Shown piece after piece: positions 29,885 through 41,100 of a stretch of DNA of 64,000 nucleotides. Source of the DNA: Antedon mediterranea. Its lineage: Eukaryota; Animalia; Echinodermata. A program made the position numbers and the translations under genes. Each line of letters starts with the position of its first letter. Within the stretch, counting starts at the first letter, position 1. Location: contig NC_092671.1 in NCBI RefSeq assembly GCF_964355755.1, forward strand, positions 14,260,001 to 14,324,000. Direction: 5' to 3'. Under the pieces are notes generated by a model, which did no database searches, was not told the origin of the DNA, and was given only the letters and a program-made list of their open reading frames with translations.

Positions 29885-31078
29885 TTATTCAACAGATTTC
29901 TTGCCATAGATTTTAGTCAATGATTTCAAATCAAAATCTGAACATTTTAACACTGTTTGCAATTTGGCCATTAACTCATCTCGATGCTGTGCCTCTTTCT
30001 TGCTTAGAAAATCAATTGATAAACTAAATCGTTTCGTGTTAGACAATTGCTTCAGAATCAGAAATATATCTGTGCAATTCTCTTCTTTAAAATGCATGTT
30101 AAAAAGTTTTAGGATTTCTCCTAGTAGACCAAAACTGATTTCATGTTTAATGGTTGAAAACAATTGATCAGCGTCAAACTGTAAAATATAGTTGTATTTT
30201 TCTTGTTGATTATCGGCAAGTCTTTTCCATTGTTGCATAAATTCATGACCATCTTTTGGTAAATGTCCAGGTATCTATAATTTAAAAAAATGAAAACGGA
30301 CAGTAACACAATTTTTTTTTATTCATTCCATTACATATTTATAACTCAGATTTTTTGCAAAATTATCTTCTTTCGGTTGTCTCATGTGCAAAATGGAAAA
30401 TGGTAACATTAGGCGAACAGTGAACATTCCATAAGGATTATCTCCTCGATCCGCACCTAAAGGGCCTTTCACACCTGTTCCGGCACGGTTCCGGTCCGGC
30501 GAATCGAACGCCAATGTTTCGTTTTCACGACGCTCCACGCGGCCAAGCACCAATTGATATGCGCGTAGCCGCGTAAAAACAAAACATTGACGTTCGATTG
30601 GATTTCCCGTCGCCGGACCGGAACCGTACGGGAACAGGTGTGAAAGACCCTTTATCCATATTTTTACCTGTAATGGTTGATCAGTTTTACTTTCCAGATT
30701 TTGAACATCTTTATCATTTTTATTTACATATGGGTTCCATGGTTGTTGTCTAGGCCGACCGAGTCCTTCTTTGTCACCTTTCTCAAGAGGCTTCAAATGA
30801 GATGCAGCAACAATATCCCTGAGAAAAGATAACTTTTTGTTAACATCAAAAAATAATATGGTATTGTAAAATAATTAATGTATTAATTACTAATTTCAAG
30901 AAAAAATTAGAAAAATGTTTTACACTAACCTAAACTGTTCATATGTCTCAACACGTTGCTCAACGGCTCGGAACTTAGCATCATTTTCCCTCCAATATTT
31001 ATTGTGCGCATCAACAGCCAATGATAGTTCCTTTTCAAGCTTCTGAAAGTCTATAGTATCTTCATTGGGGTCTGCCAT
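29885..31078 (-). CDS. CCDC103: CCDC103 / DNAAF19 axonemal dynein assembly factor; exons 31078-30930, 30818-30668, 30274-29885
   Basis: [22 protein letters not shown]...[23 protein letters not shown]|[15 protein letters not shown]...QPWN (dynein-attachment N-terminal motif); RPAP3_C-like C-terminus [11 protein letters not shown]...[15 protein letters not shown]; GT-AG introns in phase. Confidence 0.93.
30461..30651. mobile_element. Palindromic Harbinger-like MITE in CCDC103 intron
   Basis: AGGGCCTTTCACACCTGTTCC...GGAACAGGTGTGAAAGACCCT; long inverted arms; TAA/TTA flanks. Confidence 0.8.
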
Positions 31079-31619
31079 GGTTCTTCAGAAACAAAAAGCC
31101 TTATTTAGTAAAAAGCCTTCTTGCCAGACAAGGTACACTAAGTAAGGCTAAGTAAAGGCCTATATTGTTTCAATAAATTTTTTAATATTTATAATATAAA
31201 GTCAAAACACCAGTATAAAAACGGGTAGTACATACAGTATGGCGTACCGTAAGCTGCAAACACACTGGATTATAGTGCTGAAATCAGCGATGTCCAGTCA
31301 TTATTCTGAAGATTCTGAAGTATGCAATGTAGGTCTCTAAAACAAGGCTAGCCTAGGTGGCTTTATGTATATTGTGTAGGCTAAACTCCTAGTGTAGGTC
31401 TACCTAGGCTAACTAGCCTAGCTAGAAAGGTAGTGGTGGTAGGCTACTAGGCCTACTAGGCCAGGCCTAGGAGACTAGATAGAGGCCTTTTTTTAGGGTT
31501 CTCCTTTTTTTAGTACTGTCCTCAGTCATACTCATAGGATAGGCCTAGTAGCCTACCTAGGTAGAGAGTAGGAGGCCAATAACTGTACAATAAAATAAAC
31601 ATAACATAAAAATTACCTT

Positions 31620-31890
31620 TATATTTGTTATATTTAAAAAACTGATGTTATGTTATTTTGTTTTTGGTGTCTGTTGTTACGGACGCTCCGATCTTTCTGT
31701 TTATGATGGCCGCCGACTGCTGATATGCTTGAATGAGCACAACACAAACAAACGACTGGATTAAAATACTACGCAAAATCCGCGCGAATTCCGCATGTAT
31801 CATAAACATGTTGATGGATGATGAATGTTCAGCTTTAATTTTTATCCGTGGACTCCTATGTTATGTAGTCCTAAGTTAAGAAGGCATATG
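31620..31890. promoter_or_regulatory. Bidirectional promoter CCDC103 / DNA2
   Basis: Divergent genes; candidate 5' UTR donors at 31616 (minus) and 31891 (plus); CpG-richer core with an X-box-like GTTGTTACGGACGC (31673-31686), ATGGCCGCC, forkhead-like ACAAACA and CGCGCGAA. Confidence 0.6.
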
Positions 31891-32195
31891 GTGAGATTGA
31901 GTATGATGTGTGGTTCTCTAGTCCAGAGTGTGATATTGCAGTCTAGCTAGGCCCTCTACTACTCTAATAATACTAATAAAAGCCTCTCTAGTGTCTATAA
32001 TAGAGGCTAGTGTTGTGTATGAGTATGAGGAGTAGGCCTACGTACTAGGCTAGTCCATTAAGTAGTAGGCGTGGTGTACTGCATTTCCCTGCAGGAGACA
32101 GCAGTAGGCCTACATAAACAGTAGATTGCTGCACACAGTGCATTCATTTCTAATTGAAGCTTTGTTTGGTGTTGATAACTGTACTTGCTGTTAGC

Positions 32196-35100
32196 ATGGG
32201 TAAACTTTCAAGATCTTCAGCTGTGGTGAGTTAAACAAAAATCCCAAGTATTTAGAGTACCTATATAGTACATAGTGTGATGTCTATGTAACTACAAATG
32301 TAGACATATGCCTATTTATAAAAAACAAATACAAATTTTTAATTCATATCTTTACTACTTACTGTGTTTATTATACTTTAAATTTTCAGGCAAAGAACGT
32401 GAAGAAGAGTGGACAGTTGTCGCTGGAAAGTTTCTTTACTAGGCCTAAGGTTTATTTAACTATTTTAATCTGTTTTTAAAATGATTTGCACATTTAAAAA
32501 TTGATGTTTGTCATATTTGTAGAATAAAAACATTGAATTAAATCAATAATTTGATAATTTGTATAACAGTTTCATCAATTTTGTTTTAAAATTTAAGCCT
32601 GCTGAGAAGTTAATTGACCCAGAAACAGATTGTAATGGTACTACGGAAAAGGAAGTGTCAAGCTCTTGCATACCTGACAAAGATGATAAGTTCCTAAACA
32701 GAAGAGACAATGTACCATCAACATCCACGGAAAAGCAAGGAGATATGAATCTTTCTACAAATAATATAGAAGATGACAGTAAGCGGCAAATTATTGGTAA
32801 GATGTTATTTAGTATTATTCTTGATAGAGTGAGCTGAACTAAATGATCTACAGGATAAGACTTCCAATTTGATGAGAAATATTGTGTTTTTAGACCCATA
32901 CACATGTTTTATTACATGAATATAGAATGAGTAAATAAAACATAAACTTTGTATATTGTATAATTTTGTCAAATGATCTTTTACCTGCAGAAATTCCTAA
33001 TACTCCAGATCAAGGAGATTCAGGAAATGCCTCAACTCCAAAGACAAGCCAAGGAAGCTTGCTATATCAAACACACATCGTCCCAGAGACGCCAGTCAGT
33101 CAGATGAAATCGTCAAGATTTAGAAGTCAAAACCTGGAGAAGACAACTAAAGGAAGAGCGTTGGATTTAACATTTGTAGAGAATGAAAACATAAGGAAAC
33201 TACATACGACATACAAAGAAAATTTGAAAGAAAGTGAATTATTAAAGCATGAGTTATACAGTGACATGATTGGCATTGGAATTGAAACTAAGAAGAACCA
33301 TACAGAAATTGAACATTTACTAAGCAATAGCAGAGGGGCAAAACTTTCTCGTAGCTATAAAAAAGCACTAAGAACTACTCAAGTTTCTTCTAAAGGTGCT
33401 AATGTATCAGTGTTAGCTGTTCAGAACATTTCAGATAAAATTGAAACAAAACAGAATGTGTGTTGCAATTTATCTATAGATAATAAAGTTGAAAGTACAA
33501 CTATCATATTAAATTCCAGTTTGAGTGACGATGATGAAGACTTTCTTAATGCTGGACTTGAAGAACTTTTCCAGAAAAGCTCACAGAGGAAAAGTGTTCA
33601 GTACAATAGATTAAAAAACAATGTTCAGAAGACTACTAAGCGGAAACATGGTAAAAACAAAGCAGATGTACACGTGGAGGAAGATGGCACTATCAAACCT
33701 TTAAGACTTCACCTTAAACGAGGATCAACCAAAGGAATCTCTCCAAATGAAAAACGAAAACCATCAACTAACCTAAGAAATCCTTTTGCCAAGAGTAGTA
33801 CTTGTAACAAGATTTTATTTTCTGAGAAAAGATTAGAAAATGTAGTTAGTTCATTTGCAGATGATGTTGACAGTGTTTCTGTATTTAAAAATGCTAATGT
33901 AGTTGAGACTGGTAACACTGTTGATAAAGTTGATTGTTCATCTGTTGTAGACACCACAAAAGTGGCCAAGATTGATGATTCCTTTCTTGTAAAAGATAAC
34001 TCTGCAGATATAGATATATGTGCCAATACAGATGAAGTAAAAGCTACCAACCTGTTAGGCTGCTCCTTTGACACCAAGAGTAAACTTCAACCTGACGACC
34101 TTTATACACCAACTAAGAAGGTCAGCACAGCTGAAGACGTAAGTATCTATATAGAATAGTTAATTAGTTATATAATGTGTTTCTGACATACATGATGGTC
34201 TTCGGATAGGAGCATACACTCTCAATATTACTATCCTGTAATCACGCTTTATGCCCTGGTATCGGGTTGAAAAAGAATTCACTCCACAGCATTCCTTTAC
34301 ATTATTTAGTTGTTGACCCCCAACACAAAGGCCTTTTTGGAAAGCATGGATAACAGTTTGGTAGAAGAAGATGTAGCTATGATGTCACAAGTAAGTTGTA
34401 TATCTTATTTATCAATCAAGGAATGATGGATTATGGAAACCACAGTTTTCAGGACTATTGACTAACTAAATATCCCATATATATGTGTATTGTTGTATTT
34501 GCATCATTGAATGCTTTCAAATATTAAAGTATGACTGAGGACATTTTAAAGAAAGTGAATGGACCACACAATAATAGTTTTATTTACACTTTAGAAAAGA
34601 CAAAACCATTGAATTCTAAATTGTTAGTATTGAAATACTGTATTTCATTTATACAGGATTCAGATAGTTGCCCTGATCTTCAAAGGACTTTTAGTGACCT
34701 CTTTCCATTCAAGGATCAGTCGGCACAATCAAGTGATGAACCAGAATATCCAGATCTGAACCGATACATCGTTGTCAAAGTGGTTGATCAACAATTGTAA
34801 GTTCATAGAAATTATTGATACTAAACACAAAATATGTATTGTTTATAAGTTGCCTATACATTATATCTATTGACAACATTGAAATGCTCATAACCTGATG
34901 ATTCAAGACTCAATATTATTTTGCCAATTAAAATGGAAATAATATGAGTAAATTTTCAAAATTTTAAAATGTATATTACTATTATACAATAAATCCAAAG
35001 GCAAATTACTGAAAAAATGACAATGCTGTAGGTATCAGTGGCTGAATCTCAATGGAGATACAAAATAAAAGCGAAAAGCTAAATCAAAACGAGAAGTAAA

Positions 35101-38100
35101 ACAGCCAGAAAAGTTAGCAGAGCTTTCGGGCAACACTAGCCCTTCATAGTGCAATATTATACAATATTTATATTATTTAAAACAATCAATATAACAGACA
35201 TGAATACTACAGGGATACATCATTTTAAAAGCAAATATCAGAACATCAAAAATACTATAAACATTATTATTTGCTTTACTATGATGCAGACATATTACAA
35301 ATAAACATTTAAGAATATAATTGCTATTATTATTACAGTTTTTTGGGGGTTGCTACAACACACCAAGTGAAATGCATGTTCAATTTTAGGGTGTTGTATA
35401 AACACAGCCTAGGCTAAATATAACTGTACAGTATCTGAGACTAGCTGGAGAAACTAAATTGTAAGTGAAGGTAAAGAGTTCATTGGTGACCAATTTACAG
35501 ACAAGGAGTTTACTTAAATGAGATATATTTATTTATTTCTTTGCAGTCAAAAAGAAGTTCATGTTAAGGCTGAATTAGATGGTGTATTAAAAGTGTGTAC
35601 TCTTAAAGGAACTTGGTAAGTACTTTTGAGTATCTGTGTTTTACTGCAATGAATATTTCGCCATTTAAAGCCGCTGTAAGCATCGGTTTATTAATGTGTC
35701 CTGTATATTATTAACTGTAGTCTTCCATTTTGTTTTTTTTCTAAAAGGTGTCAGATGCCGATATCTGAGGGTATGGTGGTAGCTATTCATGGTGCATTTG
35801 ACAAATCGAATCAAATTGTTGTTAATCAGAGTAATAACTTCATAGTATTAAAACCAGATATACTATTAACAGGTACTGCAATAGCTGGCAGTATAAAATG
35901 TAAAAGAAGGTAGGTACTCTGATTATTAACTTTCATCTTAGTCGTTCATCTTTTAGCCATGTAGTTGAACAAAAGAAGTTAACTATATAAAATTAATACC
36001 TTTCATTTAGTTATTTTCTAGTCTTAATCAATATCTTGTTGTTGATTCTTTCTTTTATTTCATTCAAGTTGAATAATTATAGTTATGGAATTTTAAGTCA
36101 TTTACTTTCTGCTTTTTCCAGGTCTGTTTTAAGAGAAAGGTTTAAGGTATTTATTTTTTTTTTTGTTAAAACCGTAATAAAATTCAATGACATTTTGTTA
36201 CAACCACATTATATTATCTTGGTTGCAGGGTGCAGATTTTTCCAATAAAGCTATGTTATGTGGAACAATTCTCCATGAAGTGTTTGAAAAGGTGTGTACA
36301 AAATCACTCTTTGAATTATTTTCTATATTCTATGTAAATGGGTGAACACAATGACAAGGGCTGAATGGACCAGTTCACCGGGGACACCCCCTACTCTTCG
36401 AAAGATGTATTAGGTTCATTAAAGTGCACACAAGCCAGATGTGTACACTGGACCTCCAGTTTTAAGTCCTTATCCAAGAAGACTTGTTCTACCACCAGAA
36501 CAATGGTCGAGGAGCGACTTTAACCTGTGCCGATTGTATAGCTATGGTTTGCGGCGGCGTCCCTGCCTTACCCACTCGGCCACTCCACTCAAGTAAAAAT
36601 GTACTAATTGGTGACTACTACTGAATATACATATGTAAACATAGTAGCGAGTTGTAAGCGTTGACCAGGTAATGATGGCAGAAGTGCTCAATGCAGTGCA
36701 GAGCAGAATAAAAATACTAAAATATGCTAGTTATAACTTGTAACATTTTAATGCACTACAGGCTGTTTTATGAGGAGTACCTCAACAGTCAGGTGCTTTG
36801 GCTATATATGTAAACATATGCAAGATTATTACCCCTTTTCTTTTTTTATTTTTGTAGGCAATAAGTAAGAAAACATTTAATAAAGAATTTTTGGAGATGA
36901 CTGCAAAAGAAGTTTTGAGAACACCTTCTATTATAAATGACATGTAAGTCTTCCTTTAGGCAAGATACATTGGGAAAGATCATAGAACATTAGACAAAGT
37001 TCAGCAATTTTTAGGCCATTGACCCCATTTCAAAATCTTAGTTCAACCACTGGCATCAGAACTTTTTTATTGTTTTATCTTGGTTTTTGTAGGTTTAGAA
37101 TAGGCCTGAGAGATGAAGATGTGCTGCAAGTAGTTGACGAGTATGTTGGACCAATCATAGCCTGGGCTAGAAAGTATTACTGTGCTGTTCCAAAGATATC
37201 ATCATCTCTTGATGTCAAATTGTAAGAAACTTTCTTAAAAACTGAAACACTAATATGTTTTTGTATGTCATTTAAAATTAATGTTAGTATTTTTTGTTTT
37301 TTTGCAGCCCTAATGAGATGAAGCCATCAAAAAGCTCCATGTGTGTTTCTGAATTGAAAGATATTGAAGAGAATGTCTGCTCACCACGATGGGGTATCAA
37401 AGGCAAGGTCGATTTGACTGTTGAAGTCAAGGTAAGGATATTGCAGTAGCCTCTTTGTATTATTTAGAGCCATCGACAAAATAAAGAATAGATGAAAAAA
37501 AATGAGTGCAATAAAGTGTATTTTTAATTGATGGGTTCACATCTTCTTTACATAATACAGATTCACCGCGAAAAACCTCATCAAAAACAGACACTTATAC
37601 TCCCTCTAGAGTTGAAGACAGGAAGAGAAACAAATTCTATGGAACATCGGAGTCAGGTAAAGTGATTAACATGGTTTGCTGCCCTCATATTTACTTGTCC
37701 ATAAAACTCTACACTATCAAAGTTTAAAAATTGATGTGCCCATATATGGACATGATGATGTCATATCACTACCATATTTGGCCACATCACACTTTTTTTT
37801 GTCAAATTAATTTGATAGTGTAGACAGAGCTTTAGCACAAGTAATATATAATGTAAATATATATCATATAAATTACTTTATTTGTTGTATGTTAAGGTAA
37901 CTTTTCTAGTCATACTACATTCCATATGTTGTAATGCTGCATTTTTCAAAGTTATTTTATCTAAATAAAGTACGTCTTCCATATTTCAGTTGTTGCTTTA
38001 CAGTTTTCTGTTGAGTGAACTAGGTTGCAGTAAAGAGCTTGGATTTCTTTTATATCTCAAAACTGGATCCATGATATCAGTACCAGCAACACACATGGAT

Positions 38101-41100
38101 AAAAGAGGTAACATTTAAGCCTTATATCATATCCAATATAATCATTTTAATAAGTATATTTTGATTAATTGTTATCTGGTTATGGTGCTTCTGTTCAAAC
38201 TGTTAAAGAATGTAGAATTTAATGATCAACTTAATAAATAAGTAATACCTTTCATTTTATTTGGAAATATTTGTTTTTGATTGTCAAACAAGTATATAAA
38301 ATATGATACAAATGTTATATTCCAGAGTTGATAAACCTTCGCAACCATTTAGCATACTTTATCACACAATCCCCAAGCAAAGGTGAGAATAAAGAGAGCT
38401 GGTCTTTACCTCTCCTACCTGAACCAATCCAAGATACCTTTACATGCACCAAGTGTTCAGAGCTTCATCATTGTGCTCTTTTACACAGGTAAAAAACATT
38501 TATATTTTTTGTGACACTTTCTCTTGTTAAAAACGTACTAATTTCTCTAATTTAGTAGATGTGGTGATGTATAAAATTGAAATAGAGAAGCATTGTAGCT
38601 TGGACATTTATCTGCCCTTTTTGATGGTTAACAGTCATTTTGTACATGCCCATGTTTCTGACTCCAGTGCTTATTGACTTTCGAATAGCAATCTGAAAAC
38701 AAAAGGGCTCTATTAACTGTATGTATCACTATGTAACCCTGCAGAATAAAAAGACTTGAAAATGTGGTCTATGTTTGTTATTGTATTGAATATGTGCTTA
38801 AGAAATAAATTATAAAGTGAGAAATAATTTCTAAATTTAATCTTTTTCAGACTCGAGTCAAATCCAGTAATTTTGAGTGAGAACATTGCAAAGTTCTACC
38901 AAGAGAAGTTGGAACATTTAAATGAAGAGGAACTACAGTATTTTAGAGAATGGTTTCTCATGTGTATGTTGGAACACACTTCAGCAGAACAAAGAAAAAT
39001 CAACAGTGAAATGTGGCTTGTTGACGCTTGGAAAAGGTACAGTTTAAATTTTGAAGAAGTATTTCAGTGTTTTTAATCTTTATTGTGTTTACTGATTATC
39101 CAATGTTTTTCCATTAAAAGTTTTACCTAAACTTGTAATTCAGAATTATCATTATTAATTTAAAAAAAGGTCTGTCTACACTATCTAAAATAAAAAGTGT
39201 GATGTTCTCAAATATGGTAGTGGTATGCCCAAATATGGTAGTGATATGACATCACATTTTTGTGTCACATAAGCTTTGATAGTGTAGACAGAGCTTAATG
39301 CTATAGATCAATTATTTTCTAAAAATCTTTTGCAGAGAACAGAAGGACCAATGCTACAGTGGTATGCTCCTCACAAGTTGCAAACCTGGTGAAAATTCAA
39401 GTCAATATTTATTGACATTTAAACGGAAACCACTTCATCCCAGGTTAATATTACTATTATTATCAATACATAATCATAAGTGTGTTCATTCACTGTCTTT
39501 CTCAAAGCATATACACAAGATGCTTGGAAGTGGTAGTTGTATTTTGTCATAAAAACACATTTTAGCATTCTGTGATCAGTGGCTGAGCATCTAACTCTCC
39601 AAGTTACAACTCCAGGCTGGATACAATTTTAATACTTTGAGATATTGAGTCATTGGTTTTTAAAAAGCCCATTTATATACAGTGAATAAAAACTCTGTTC
39701 ACTTCTTTTTCAGCAATAAACCTCTTACAAGTGTGCAATTGACTGTAGGTCAAAGGTTAGCAGTAACCAAGGAGAAAACAAATGAAGTAGCGCTATGTGT
39801 TGGATTTATTGTAGAAGTAACTAGTGAATATGTTGTCATAGCCACTGACAGGTTTGTGAATTATTTAAAATTCTAAAAAAAGATGATGGAAAGATGATAT
39901 TTGGAACATAATTGTTAACAAGTTTAACAATCTTTCTTCAGCCCACTTCTGGGCAAAGGCCTCTCCCAATTAGTGCCAGTCGTTCTCCTCTAAATCTTGG
40001 CCATGCTGTGGAAACCATCATCACCATATAAATATGTACAAAATATTCTTCTACAGATCATTGATCCATTTATTTATTTTAAAATGCTATTTACAGGGAA
40101 CTGAGAACAAGAGGTAAGAATGCGATATACAGACTTGACAAGGATGATAGTTACAACAGTATGGCGTCCAGCTTGGTCAACCTGGGAAACTTGATGAAAA
40201 ATGAGCCTACAAGGTAATGTATCTTCAAATTGGCTCACAGTGTTGTCTCTTTTATTTGATGTTATGTCTTTAGGCACATGTGGCCAAGGATTACCAATAG
40301 TAAATTAATCACTGTCCTATCAACTATTGAACCAGTTCACCGGGGTAACACTTACATGTCTCGAAGGATGAACTGGGTTCAACTGTGTATGCTGGAACTA
40401 CTCCACCACCAGAACTAGGAGCGAGTCAGAACCCATTCCGATATTGTTCACTCTTTAGGTATGGTAAACGGTGCCCCTGCTTTAACCACTTAGCCATTGA
40501 CTTGCATATGAATACATATAACAGTTGTAGAACCGGGTTTGGTTTCTCATTACAGTTCTCATATACGACAGCTTATATTGGATACTAAGCAACCGGGCTT
40601 TGAGGATGCTCCCATTGATCTACCAACCAATGTCCACGCCAAAGGTACACATTGGCTTGCTTGCGATATTCTTAATACTCTAAATCATAAACATATTTAT
40701 GGAGCCTAGTAGGTGTAATATTTAATTCTTATTGTAGTAAATCAAATCATAACTATATGCAGAGCCAATATCTGTCACCAAATTGAGCGTCACAGAAAAT
40801 ACTAAAAAAAAATTCTAAATACAGTAGTACCCTAATTATTAAAATGGAAAACATAATGTGCAGCACATGATAGGTGGGTTATAATATTAACATATCAAGA
40901 AGTAAGTGGACATCTTAGTGTTTGATTGATTGAATTTATAAGCTTAGAAAATAAAAATTAAAATGAAATTCAGAATTGTTTCAAATCCCTGTATTAGATA
41001 ATTATCAATATTTATATTTGACATAGTAGTTAAAGATTTATAATTGGTTGGAAAGTGGTTATTAACATAGTTTTACTTTTCTTTAGTAAAAGGAATCCTA

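Noticed and set aside
37370-37400. DNA2 [10 protein letters not shown] in place of the usual EExIWSPRFG
   Set aside because: Catalytic D and E-x-K residues, Fe-S cysteines and helicase motifs are intact; likely tolerated divergence.
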